Part shown: piece after piece, positions 28,464-40,794 of the stretch
Layout of the letters: the number at the start of each line of letters is the position of its first letter
Numbering within the stretch: the first letter of the stretch is position 1
From: Octopus vulgaris
Lineage: Eukaryota
Reading direction: 5' to 3'
Length of the DNA: 64,000 nucleotides
Assembly (NCBI GenBank): GCA_951406725.2
Contig: OX597815.1
Coordinates: 211,606,001-211,670,000, forward strand
Notes under the pieces: model-generated
Databases searched by the model: none
Seen by the model: the letters and a program-made list of their open reading frames with translations, nothing else
Told to the model about the DNA's origin: nothing
Position numbers and translations under genes: made by a program

Positions 28464-29823
28464 ATATATATGCTATTCATGTGTGCGTGTGTGCTTGTGC
28501 ATGTGTAATAGCACAAATCGATATATATTTGTAAACGCTGTTTCAGAACTAAAAACATGGGGACTTCTTCTACAAGCATCTGACAGCGTGTTATCTTATT
28601 ATCCTCATTAATTGGGCAACAATCTTGCAAACCGTTGCACTACAGAATAATACCAGCTCAGCAGGAGCGGCATGGTTCGATAGCCGCCGGGTGTCAGATT
28701 GCAAGTCTTTAGCTTTCGAAATATCATTTACAAATGTATACGGATTAATATTGCTTATACGCAGACGGAGAAAGAAAAACTATTATATATAATGTCTATA
28801 CACATATGTATGTGTTTGTGTGTCTACATATATGTGTGTGTGTGTGTGTGCACATATGAATGTGTGTGTATACACATGTATGCGTGTGTGTACATATGTG
28901 TGTGTGTCAGTGTAAAGTACCCCGTAATAACCAATGGGTTGTTGTGTATGTGAATAATCGTTTTACTTACGCTGCATTTCATTTAATTAGTTTGTTTAAA
29001 AAATATATATTAAATCAACTAACACGCACGTTGGATTCCTCTGAGAATTTTCGAATTATTTGTGTACATTTCTAGCCGACGATGAAATAAATATTATTAG
29101 AATTCAAGTGGCAATTCCAAGACAGAATTCTCTTGTGCCGTTAACAATCTCTCCATCTCACACCAGCACTAATTTCCTCTTTGCTTAATTCTCATTCTTA
29201 ACGTTTGCCTTTTTCTTTCTTTCACAGTTTTATACAACCGAAGTTAATACATGCAAACATACATACACACACACACATATACACATACATTCCCATTCAT
29301 ACATCTACACACATGTGTATATTTGTATGTTTGTTTATACTCGAAGCTCCAAAGGAGGCAATGGGACAATGTGGAATGAAGCAAGCTATAGATAAGTGTC
29401 CCGCTGATTTGGACGCCTGTCTATCACAAATAACATGCGAGATGAACTGATATTTATTTCTTCTGGAAGACAGTGTTACGTCCCGAAGAAAATCAAGCAC
29501 GCTCGTTCGGCCGGCTAAAAATAGCAGCAAAATCTCTATTACATTACAGCCAACTGTTTTTAAGCGTGGGCCACATTGGAGAATGTAGGCCTAGATGGAC
29601 GACGCCTTTTTGCTTCTACTGCTGAATGAATAATGACATTGGGTCCTCGGTAATCCTATTGTTCATTAAACTGCTTTTCAGTAGGAGGTATATCAACAAA
29701 CTCACCATCAGACTCAGCGTAACCAATCCATCTACTAGAAATAACAGCTAAATATCAAAATCACTTTAGAAATAAAGGAAATGGGAACAACTCATTAGTT
29801 AGTACCGTCTTTTATATACAAGA

Positions 29824-29916
29824 CACCTTGGGCAAGTGTCTTCTACTATAGCCTCGGGCCGACCAAAGCCTTGTGAGTGGATTTGGGAGACGGAAACTGA
29901 AAAGAAGCCCGTCGTA

Positions 29917-29968
<52 letters not shown>

Positions 29969-30165
29969 TGTCTGTGTTTGTCCCCCTAGCATTGCTTGAC
30001 AACCGATGCTGGTGTGTTTATGTCCCCGTTACTTAGCGGTTCGGCAAAAGAGACCGATAGAATAAGTACTGGGCTTACAAAAAAGAATAAGTCCCGGGGT
30101 CGAGTTGCTCGATTAAAAAACGGTGCTCCAGCATGACCGCAGTCAAATGACTGAAACAAGTAAAA
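29824..30165 (+). mobile_element. SINE family A, 5'-truncated young copy
   Basis: Starts at caccttgggcaagtgtc and closely matches the consensus through gactgaaacaagt. Confidence 0.9.
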
Positions 30166-31217
30166 AAAAAAAAAAAAAAGACGGAATGGTGTGGGTGGGG
30201 CAGTTTTAAACAAAGTTCTGCTAGATTAGGGCTGATGTACAGACTAAAGAACGATAATGACTTATATCGTTTCAAATGTCGGGACAAGGCCGACAATTGG
30301 GAATTGAGGTGGGAGTCGATTACATCGACTCTGACACTCGGCAGATATCTTATTTTAGCGATCCCGAAAGAAGAGAGGACAAAAATACAGTGTTAATATA
30401 ATATCAAAGATCGCATTGGATAATATAGTTGTAGACATATGATGCTTGAAAGCAAAGACCTAATGGCCACGGCTGGAACCCTTTTGATTATAGTTCCGTT
30501 TAATTTGCGCCGGTGTGGATTTAAGCATCAACAACAGCACTAGCCTACCCATGAACTGCGCCTTTCTCCTGCTTCATCAGTGGAAAATAAGGAATTTAGT
30601 GGAGTGAATTTAATGGAATAGTTTAAGGTTTCAAGTGAAATAGCTTCACGACAATCGAAACCGCCTTACACATTACAACCAGGAGCAGCTTAATGTTTGT
30701 TCAAAGACGTTTTCTACTGTCTGGCGGGTCAATGTTAACACTCAACCATAAGCATTAAAGGGATTCGTTCTCTTTTATATTCATTTATTGTCTTGCTAAG
30801 AATCGAATTCCCCTAGAGACAATTTTCTTTTTCCTGGATTAATAAAATAGCTACCAGTAATATACTCGGAATGATTCAATAGATTACGTCTTTCTCAATA
30901 TAAATAAATATAAACTGCGTCCTTTATATATATAAAAAGTCTGTATCGATTTTTCTATCTAGACAAGAAGCCAATTTTTAGAGAAATTAATTTTATGCTG
31001 AAGTATCTTCGTAAGATTACTTTTAGTAACTTTTCTGCCCTACTCGCTCGCAAAATAAAAATATATGAAAATAGATCCTAATTCTAGACATAATTAAATA
31101 CTTTTATGCAAATTAATCAAATATTCTGAAACTCTCCAATCTCCCCAGTCGACAATTTGATTTCAAATAATTATTTAAATCAATTATTTGAATCTGACAT
31201 TAATGTTGTTATTAAGT

Positions 31218-31425
31218 CAGCGGGTTGGTAGAATCGTTACCACGCCGGAAAAATATACTTAGCATTTCTTACGGCTTTACGTTCTGAGTTTAAATACCAA
31301 CGAGGTTGACTTTGCATTTCATTCTTTCGGGGGCGATTAAATAAGTACCATTTGAGCATTGGAGTTGATGTGATCGATTTCCCCTCCCCTCAGAATAGCT
31401 GGACTTGTGCCAAAATTAGAAAGGA
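31218..31425 (+). mobile_element. Old family B SINE
   Basis: ggtagaatcgtta..ttacgttctgagttt..gactttgcatttcattctttcggggg.gattaaataagtacca. Confidence 0.7.
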
Positions 31426-33559
31426 AAATATTTTTGTTCACTAAGTTTAGTGTTGTCCACGGCGGATTTGAACCCAGAACGGCAAAGGCTATTATAATCG
31501 CCTTCAAATAAAACTAATTTTAATCGAGCCAGCAAGACTCAACATAATCAGCTCTGAAACTGCGTTGTTCTACTAGATTAGAACTGATGTGGACTCTAAA
31601 GAACGGCAACTACTTATATTGTTTCGGATTTCGAGCCAGCAAGACTCAACATAGTCAGCTCTGAAACTGCGTTGTAGAAAAGTCAAATATCTCCTAAAAA
31701 ACATATCAAACTGACTTAAGAAATAAAGAAAATCGGAACGACTTATGCTAACAAGCTAGTGTCGTCTTTGATATACGAGATGAAATGGTCTGGGGTGGGG
31801 CATTTTTAACATAGGTCCCACTAGATTAGGACTAATGTGGAGGTTAAAGAACGGCAACTACTTATATTGTTTCGGATTTCGGCACAAGGCCAACAGTTAT
31901 GAAGAGAGGTGGTTGTCGATTACATCGACCATCGCTATACAACAGGTACTTTATTTTAGCGAACCCCTAAAGGAGGGAAGGCAATAGAGTCAATCTCACA
32001 ATATTTTAACTTAGAAATTAATGGCCCGGGGTCATTTTCTCCTATGTGCTAACAACGATTCTGCTCGCCTCCAGTCTTCGACAACCGCCAATATTAATTC
32101 CAGGATTAATTTATAAAATTAAAATCTGCAGTTACGTTTTTCACTATTCCGCTACTGAAGAGCTCGTTACAATAGATTTCTACAGTATTAAAAATAACAA
32201 TTCATTATTTGAACAAGCCACCGCGGGGCTCTTTTACGTGCGACTGAAGGGAAATTTTACATTCTAAAAAGCGGGTTTGTGTGCATACTGCAGTATTGAC
32301 CCACTATTTTTACATTCGATGTTTCATTCAACGCTTCGAATAAGTATTACAAATATATTCAATGATTTTTATGTGATTACATATGTAGGCTTCCCTTGCT
32401 GATCAAATGGATAAGATATTAACTCTGTGGTCGAAATGTGGAGTATTTACTTGTTACTGGTACTTCGATCCAGCTACGTCCGTAGCTGGATCTTTAGGTG
32501 TTGATACTCTGAACTAACGTTACATGTATCATGAAGAAATCTCACTACGCATAACTGATGATCGTTTCGTTGGCTCGAGAACGTTAAATCAAAATTCTTC
32601 AAATTATGGAGGTCGACAAGGAATCCTCAGACGAAACTTCGCTAGTATAGTTGACGAAATATTTTTCAGTAATTCTTCAATAATGGAAAAGGACTATGAG
32701 ACACACTACATCATCGTATGATTACAAAGATATGAAAGTAGGTGAAGGTACCGATTAAAGGTTTACCTACTAGTCTGCTGTACCTTCTCTTAAAGGAATG
32801 ATGCCATACAGTTTTATCTCTCTTCTCTACTAGAAATTGTAACTGTTACCTCATAGATGTCTTATACCCATTTCTGAATCGCAAGAATCCATGGAATCAG
32901 CTCTTATCTCCTCTTTTGGTGGTTGCGTCAAGTGGACAAAAACAATTTCCATTTGAACAAAATGTGAGTTTACTACCTTTAGGGATTTTGCTTTTTCATA
33001 CATTATGGTCATAGCATGCCTGAATGGTTAAGAAGTTCGCTTCGGAAGTACAAGGACAGGAGATCGATTCCACGGCGGAGCATCTTAACCGAGTGTTTTT
33101 TCTTTTTACCATTGCCTATAGTTAATCCACGCCTTAAAATATGAATTCGGTTGATGTAAACTTTGATTAGTGGTTTGGGTGTTAGAATCATGATTGTAAG
33201 ATTATAGTTTCGATTCATAGACCGGGCGGCAGAGATAAAGAATACGCACACCACTAGTTTTCGGTTATAACCCTACCCTAAACCTAACCTTAACCCTAAA
33301 CGCCGAAAATGTGTGGCGTGGGTATTCTTTACCTTCGGCGATCGGGCGATCCGTTTCATGTTGCTCTGTTCTCTCAGCCGGCAAAAATGAGTAATCCTGC
33401 GACAGGATTACCAAAGAAGCCGGGAAACTGACACTATGGATCTGTATGACACGAGAAGGATATAAACTCTGAGGAAGTTCATTCGATGGTTTGTACCTGT
33501 AAAACAAATCTACAGGCCTGTCACACTTCGTTTCCAGAGGTGAATTATCCACAGAAATG

Positions 33560-33905
33560 CTCTCAGCACATGGCTATGATGCTCCTCTACTACTTCTGCT
33601 CGTGATCAGAGATGCACATATCGTCAGCCACTAAGGGACATACTCAAATGGTTATGGTCAAACAACTGACAAGCAAATCTGTGGTATTGAGCAGAATATT
33701 TGTTGTAGCCCATCTTTTATACCAAGACAAAACAATGTACATGATAACACTTCTAATCAGTTAAGATCAGAAGCCATGAGAGCTACTGCTTGGTACTGCA
33801 TCAGGGCATTTTATTATTATTATCATTATTATTATTATTATTATCATCGTTATTATTATTATTATCATCATTATCATTATTATTATTATTATTATCATCA
33901 TCATT
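33560..33905 (+). mobile_element. Probable retroposon 3' segment with a long (ATT/ATC)n tail
   Basis: GC-richer ~250-bp segment ending ..gcatcagggcat directly followed by (tat)n/(cat)n, preceded by a family-D-like fragment (ctcagccggcaaaaatgagtaa, ~33372). Family not identified. Confidence 0.45.
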
Positions 33906-33969
33906 TTTACATATCACACACACATACATATACGCCTTCACATACATATATACGCACAACATATACACT

Positions 33970-34016
<47 letters not shown>

Positions 34017-34049
34017 TTTATTTAAAGCAGCAGAAAATTTAACAAAAAC

Positions 34050-34087
34050 CTGTTACTCTGAGTTTCCTGTTGCCGTTCATCGGACAG
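34050..34087 (-). ncRNA. Minimal type I hammerhead ribozyme motif (mirror copy)
   Basis: Minus strand ctgt-CCGATGA-acggcaacag-GAA-ACTCAGAGT-A-acag; stem II is weakened by the single arm mismatch. Confidence 0.55.
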
Positions 34088-34110
34088 TTTTTGCTAGAAT
34101 CTAGCAAAAA

Positions 34111-34148
34111 CTGTCCGATGAACGGCAACGGGAAACTCAGAGTAACAG
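34111..34148 (+). ncRNA. Minimal type I hammerhead ribozyme motif (U4C core variant)
   Basis: Stem I ctgt/acag, core CCGATGA, stem II cg-GCAA-cg, GAA, quasi-palindromic stem III ACTC-A-GAGT, GUA cleavage triplet. Confidence 0.65.
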
Positions 34149-34253
34149 GTTTTTGTTAAATTTTCTGCTGCTTTAAATAAAGCATATTACTCTACCACTG
34201 GTATTTGAGTACTCTTTTTTCCACCTTGTTTCACATTTATGTGTTTACTCCGG

Positions 34254-34288
<35 letters not shown>

Positions 34289-34391
34289 TATAAAAAGTAA
34301 AAAGTGAAAAAAATCACATATTACCTCCCCTTATTTGGAACTCTTCTCAACATAAACATAACGATAACTCTTCTCAACATAAACATAACGA

Positions 34392-34437
34392 TATAAGAAA
34401 TTTGAAAAGCTGAACGCGAAACCGGTCATTTCTTGTA
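34392..34437 (+). ncRNA. Decayed hammerhead motif
   Basis: Stem I tataagaaat/atttcttgta (10 bp), core TTGAAAA (2 changes from CTGAAGA), stem II gc-tgaac-gc, GAA-ACCGGT-C. Confidence 0.5.
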
Positions 34438-34593
34438 AACTATGTCATTGTAAGAAAAAATTGATAACATTCTTCAGACATATTGACTCAAATATATATT
34501 TTTTAACCTTTTAAAACAAGCCTTCTGTAGTTTTTTCACTTTTTACTATTTTCTATATATTCAACCACGTGCTTTCACAAACCAACTTTCTCA

Positions 34594-34654
<61 letters not shown>

Positions 34655-35528
34655 ATATATATATATATAATTATGCCAATGTATTTATTTACCTTGTATG
34701 TCTTTGAAATAATTTAATATAGTTGACCTATTTAGAATGCAACGTTTTTTTATCATTAAATAATAAAATAGAGATTAATAGCGAAAAAGTTTAACGTTTG
34801 CAGAACCTAGATAGTATTAAATTCCTAAATTTAGTGTCTGTCTATTTATTGGGCTAGAATAGAGAGTGTGTCAGATGGTGGCGGGACTGATTTAAATGAA
34901 ATAATTTTTGTATCTCAAGGGAGAATGTCATTCTGGTTAATTGCCGTCATTAAAGGAAATGTTTTGGATTGAATACGGCACAGTTTGGGCTCTGGACGAT
35001 GAGTATGTGTTTGTATATCTGGGTATGTACAAGTGTGCGTGTACGTTCCTCGTTCAGATAATGTAGGCTTCCGATATACTTTTACTGTTGAACAGAGTTT
35101 ATCTTATAATACAAATAGTTATAGATAAATGACGTGGGGAGATTAGAATACAATAAGCAGAGGAGAACCTAATGCTCATGCAACACACCATACACACACA
35201 CACACTTACACATACATAATGTAATGAATATTAAATCTTTCTCACGGGATGACAAACCACTATACATAGTGGGAAACGGTGTAGCTCATGAAATTAATCT
35301 TAAATACATAACTAAAATTTACTTCATTGAAAATACCATATTTTCCGGAATACAAGTCAACATATAATGTAAACATGTAGTGTAAACTTCCAAACATCAT
35401 CAATGTCTTTCCAAATCCTGCAGCATTTCTCATGAAAGTTTTGGTCCACTAAAGTCGTCTTGGTTTATAAGTCGACCTATACATCTGGCTGTATATTGAA
35501 AAATCCGACTTGAATACAGAAGAATTGT

Positions 35529-35806
35529 GGAGGCTCAATGGCCTAGTCGTTAGGGCAGCGGACTCGCGGTTGGAGGATCGCGTTTTCGTTCCCTGACCGG
35601 GCGCTGTGTGTGTTTATTGAGCGAAAACATCTAAAGCTCCACGAGGCTCTGGCAGGGGGTGGTGACTACTCCTGTTGTACTCTTTCACCCCAAATTTCTC
35701 TCACTCTCTCTTCCTGTTTCTTGGGTAACGATGCGATGGACTGGCATCCCGTCCAGCTGGGGGAAACACATACGCCACAGAAACCGAGAAACCGGGCCCT
35801 AGAGCG
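35529..35806 (+). mobile_element. SINE family C
   Basis: ggaggctcaatggcctagtcgttagggcagcggactcgcgg..gcgatggactggcatcccgtccagctggggg..acacatacgccacagaaaccgagaaaccgggccc. Confidence 0.85.
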
Positions 35807-36023
35807 CATAAATAAAATAAAAATACAGAAGAATACGGTATACGGATGAAATGCGAGGTGGACTTTGACTGTGTTGCACAATATTTCCATTTTTGTACTT
35901 CACTAATGTTATATGGAAAAAACACAATGAAAACATGCAAAAAACTTTGCTTTCAAAAGTTAAGCTTAGAAACATCAGTTTCCACACTTGGCTTTGACCA
36001 GACTTTAAAGTAAATTTTGTCGT

Positions 36024-36318
36024 TTGTTCCTTCTCAAGCCATGCCTGGCTCACAAGGGCAGGTTTCCCGGTTTCCTTGGCGTATAGGTTCCCCACCTGGA
36101 CAGGACACCGGTCCGTCGCAGGTGAGCTGCTAGATGCAGAAGGAAAGAGTGAGAAAGTTGTGGCGAAAGAATCAGCAGAAGTTCGCCATTACCTTCTGCC
36201 GGAGCCGCGTGGAGCTTAGGTGTTTCACTCATAAACACACACATCGCCCGGTCTTAGATTCGAACCCGCGATCTCTCGACTGCTCCGCTGCTCTAACCAC
36301 TAGGCCATGTGCCTCCCT
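36024..36318 (-). mobile_element. SINE family C-related subfamily
   Basis: Reverse complement closely matches 45320-45620 (ggaggcacatggcctagtggttagagcagcgga..tatacgccaaggaaacc..gagccaggcatgg). Confidence 0.85.
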
Positions 36319-37329
36319 ATAAAGTAAATATTGGTATCGATTTGGTCGACGACACTCTTCAAGGCAGTGCCCCAACATCGCCGCAGTCAAATGTCTATTA
36401 CAAATAAATCATAAAGAGTAAAACATACAAATATTCAGTAACCAAACAGAGAAATTGCACATATGCTTCAAATTAAAAAGCTGCAATTGCTGCACACTAA
36501 TGTATCTGAAATATGAAAGTAGGTTTCAGCAATAAGTGACTGTTAATAATATATCGAATTATATTCTTAAAAAAACGTGTATAAAAATCACATGTGTATA
36601 CAAACATGTAATGTAATATGCTATAAAAAAATATAATTTCTTACAATGGTACGAAGTCTCAGATGTACTGAAGAGAAGAATAGGACTGAGTATAGTTCAT
36701 GCCCTTTCCAAGAGTATAAAATGTAAATGAAACTGGTCCGATAGGGAATTTAAAACGGGCTGGAAGAAGATAAAACTGGTTCGATGAAAAGCTTACCACC
36801 AACAGCCTCGTGTAATCATTATGAAGTCCATCTGTTGTATAAAGATCCGCTACGCAACTGCTATACGTTTAATCTGTTTTTTATTAACGTCTTAAATCGA
36901 CAGGAGTCCAAATAAATATCACCAACTTCACAGAAGAACGAGGAGTATTACACGGAAAAATAAATAAAAAAACTATTATAGTTTGGATGCTTTAGTTGTT
37001 TACATATGTTTGATTTTTTTTGTTTATTTTTTTTTCACAAAAACAAAAATGTTCTTGAGTTTTCGAATACATCAGCGGGCTGCTAGAAACAATTAATATT
37101 GTAATATCAGGAAGTACTGGATATTTTCTTACTTAATACTATTCCTTTCGATTCCAAATTCTGTGGCATTACTTTATGTGATATGTTATTGAATTCGATT
37201 TTTTGTTTTGTAATTTGTTTCTTTCGTTTTTGCTTTTATTTTTATTTAGTCGTCTACCATAGCTTCAGGCCGACCAATGCGTAGTGAGTTAATTTGGAAG
37301 ACGAAAATTCTTTGGAAGGCTGTCGTATG

Positions 37330-37348
37330 TATATATGTCTGTATGTGT

Positions 37349-37430
<82 letters not shown>

Positions 37431-37432
37431 AA

Positions 37433-37485
<53 letters not shown>

Positions 37486-37494
37486 AATATATAC

Positions 37495-37527
<33 letters not shown>

Positions 37528-37585
37528 CATATATATATACATATATATTCATATATATATATATATATACATATATATACATACA

Positions 37586-37678
<93 letters not shown>

Positions 37679-37725
37679 GTATATACTTGCATATATATAT
37701 ACGTACATACATACATATATATATA
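37330..37725. repeat. (TA)n-rich microsatellite
   Basis: Seen directly. Confidence 0.95.
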
Positions 37726-37940
37726 AAGAAGTTAAATGTAATGGTCATTACATATTATTCTTGTATTGAAACAAATTTAGCTTACAGCTGTTTCCAGTAA
37801 CCATTAAAGCATTAAAGTCATTATAGGTACATTACTGATAGGTTTATTGATAGGTTTATTGATCAACTGGGACAAATTGATATATATATACATACATACA
37901 TACATAAACAGGTAGATAGCTAGCTAGCTAGCTAGCTAGC

Positions 37941-38029
<89 letters not shown>

Positions 38030-38113
38030 TAAAGCAGAAATGAAAAGGCAACTTGTTTGGCAACACTTGACAACGGCATTTAATTCAGCTTTATAATAAA
38101 AAGTTTTACATAG

Positions 38114-38205
38114 TCACTAACAGTTGTTTCTAGAATATCCTAGCTATTGGAACACTGTGCCGAGCGAGAACTCCATAGTCCAACTATACCGTCATCAGAG
38201 AGTGA
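38114..38205 (-). ncRNA. Hammerhead-like motif with long stem II
   Basis: Minus strand tcact-ct-CTGATGA-(~60 nt)-GAA-ACAACTGT-T-agtga; stem III is one change from the palindrome ACAGCTGT. Confidence 0.5.
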
Positions 38206-38389
38206 TGGGTCAAACATAAGTAACATCGGAGAGAGATACGTTAAATATATATAGCATCGGGGAAAGTTGGGTTAAACCTATGTAACATCGGGGAAAGTTA
38301 GGTGAAACGTATGTAACATTCTCCTTCTTTTCTATACAAAATGAACACACAATGATATCATTGGTATTATTGTTACATATGTTTAACCT

Positions 38390-38483
38390 GTTTCTCTCCG
38401 ATGACGGCTTAATCGGACTATGGAATCCTCGCCCGACACAATGTTCCAGTAGCTGAGATATTCTAGAAAGAACTGTTAGAAAC
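38390..38483 (+). ncRNA. Hammerhead-like motif (paralogue of 38114-38205)
   Basis: gtttct-ct-CCGATGA-(~60 nt)-GAA-AGAACTGT-T-agaaac. Confidence 0.4.
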
Positions 38484-38785
38484 TATGTAAACCTTTTTTA
38501 TTATATAGCAAAATTAAATGTCGCTGTCAAGTCTTGCCAGATCGTTTGCCTTTTCATTTCTGCTTTAATCTATACCTACCTGCTCAAGAGGAAGCCACTC
38601 CAAGCCGCTTTAGAATGGCAATCAAAAAACCTCTTTATCAACAGTATTTCAAACCGGAATTTTAGTGGCATACCTATTTGAGCAATCTGAGCGCATACCT
38701 ATTAGTTTGAGTCACCCGGGCGAAAACTCCTTGTATCTTATGTATGTATGTATGTATGTATGTATGTATGTATGTATGTATGTAT

Positions 38786-39352
38786 GTTGTCAGGTCACTT
38801 TCGAGTGCTACTGGTAACATGTAACCCAGTACAACCTGTTGCATGGTCGGGTCGTCGGCGACTAAACCGGCAACCCCACCAAGCTTGCTTGGTGAGGAGG
38901 GTGTTTATTGGACACCTTGCGAGATGAAAAACAAAACCCGTCAAAGAGCGGAGGAACTCTTGAGAGTCAACGGTCATCCAATAAATGTCTTAGAGCTGTA
39001 TCATGCGCGGGGACATAGAAATAATCGGAATGAATACCCGATCGCGCAGTTAAACCATTGGGAGTGAAGGACTCCTAGCCTTTGTTAGGGCATCGCTCTA
39101 GGAGAAGGTAACTCAGGTAACTGGGATAACTCCGACATAAAACCTGCGGCTCAGTGGTTACCGATGATGTTGACTTGTTCTTCTTTTCGGATTATGGCTG
39201 CTGTTGCTTAGTGAGTGGGATTGACTCAGTGCACAGCCTTTCCTCACTTAAAAAAATCTTCTTGCACAGGCATTGCACGATAACAACATTGATTAAGCTT
39301 CGTGCAATGGCCATACTCGATAACGAGGGGGCAGCCACCATGTATGTATGTA
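38786..39352 (+). mobile_element. Non-autonomous RTE-LINE-derived element in a (TATG)n tract; related 5' fragment at ~46684-46880
   Basis: No ORF; motif gggcatcgctctaggagaaggtaactc resembles RTE 5' UTRs; 3' hairpin ctcg-ataa-cgag then ggggcagccacca(TGTA)n resembles RTE 3' ends. Confidence 0.55.
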
Positions 39353-40113
39353 TCATCATCATCATCATCATCATCATCATTATCATCATCATTAACAAAA
39401 ATGCTGCTTTTCCGTAACTGTTTTTCTTATTTTCTACTTTAAAATATTATCCTCATGCAGCATTCAAAGTAGAAATTACTTTCAAGTAAACATGAATAAC
39501 ACAACTTTTCATTTCCTTCCTTTCGAAAATTTGAAGACTATGTGCGAAGAAACCTTTATACGTTAGTATATATATTTAATGATAATGGTAATTATGTAGA
39601 ATATACTATGTAGTTGATTTAATCTGCTTAGGTATATATTGACCGATCTTCATCCATTGATTCAAGTGGGATCTAAATTCGCGACAGAGAAATACTAAAC
39701 TGGATATTACAAGGTATCAAACTTTGATCTTTATACCTCTCGGTGGCCATTTCCACTCAAATCTAATATAGAGTTATGTGTAAAGTAGATATAAGTAGCT
39801 AGTCATAGGTCACAATTCCTTATTGGATCATTTTTATTCACGTGTATAAGAGAAATTTAAATTGCACTGACGACGTTAGGAAAATATTCTCGTCACAAAC
39901 TCTTCCCTACGAATAAGGGTTCCTACATATACAGTTTACCATTCACTTCTTTTAATCATTGGACTGCGGCCATATTGGAGAATCGCCTTGGTGCGCTTAG
40001 CAGAAAAAAATCAGCCCCAGAACTGGTAGCTTTCTTTTGTCGGATCACTAAGTTACGAGGACTTAAACAAACGAACACCGGTTGCCAAGCAGTGGAGGAG
40101 AACAAGCTGAAAG

Positions 40114-40149
<36 letters not shown>

Positions 40150-40259
40150 CATACATATCTAGATGCCTACATTTATACATAATACACATGCATACATACA
40201 TCCATACACATACGTACATACATACATATATTATTACTATTATTATTATTATTACTATT

Positions 40260-40398
40260 AAGGCGACAAACTAGCAGAATTGTTAGTACGCCGGACAAAA
40301 TATTTAGCCACATTTCATCCGTCTTTACGTTCTTAGTGCAAATTCCACCGTGGTTGACTGCCTTTCATCTTTTTGGGGTCGATAAAATAAGTACCAGT
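40260..40398 (+). mobile_element. Family B SINE 5' part
   Basis: aaggcgacaaactagcagaattgttag..gcctttcatcttttggggtcgataaaataagtaccag. Confidence 0.75.
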
Positions 40399-40749
40399 TG
40401 TGCTAAAATTTGAAGCATTACATACATACATACATACACGGACATACACGGTATGGCTCGGTACCCACTTTAGTGACACCGTAAAAGAGAGAATAAGAAC
40501 TGCTGTCCGTCGTTTGTTTAGCTGGCCGACACTTCGAAGTCACTATCAGCAACAATATACCGTAACCCATCAGATTAATGTGAAATTGTTTTTATTATAA
40601 CTGAGCATAAAAACAAATATATATATATATGTTGTTGTATTTAGGAATGGTCATGTTGCCAGTTTAGCCAGTAAAAACACACGCACTATATATTTGGTGT
40701 TAATTTGCTTCAGCTTTATTTATTTTTACATTAATCTCAATCTTATTTC

Positions 40750-40794
40750 GGCCAGAGTTCTTTCGTCACACTTCTGTGACCTCATCAGTGGTCC
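40750..40794 (-). ncRNA. Minimal type I hammerhead ribozyme, canonical core
   Basis: Minus strand ggacca-CTGATGA-g-GTCAC-agaagt-GTGAC-GAA-AG-aa-CT-C-tggcc: intact core, 5-bp stem II, stem I cca/tgg, CUC triplet. Confidence 0.7.

Larger units (their letters stand above)
34016..34182. repeat. Near-perfect palindrome, 83-bp arms, 1-nt centre
   Basis: 34016-34098 is the reverse complement of 34100-34182 with one mismatch. Confidence 0.95.
38025..38572. repeat. Diverged inverted repeat (~200-bp arms), each arm carrying a hammerhead-like motif; three ~30-bp tandem units in the spacer
   Basis: 38025-38226 is an imperfect reverse complement of 38372-38572; spacer units ta.catcggg.aaag..taaa at ~38221-38318. 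Confidence 0.85.

Noticed and set aside
32467-32492. Perfect 12-bp hairpin gatccagctacg-tc-cgtagctggatc
   Set aside because: Isolated, with no context suggesting function; not a bacterial-type terminator in this eukaryotic DNA
33265-33300. Telomere-like taaccc/cctaa repeats
   Set aside because: Only a few degenerate units; not an array
39862-39895. CTGACGA-cgttag-GAAAATATTC hammerhead-like string
   Set aside because: Stem I cannot form beyond 1 bp and a competing tgacga/tcgtca hairpin exists; possibly chance
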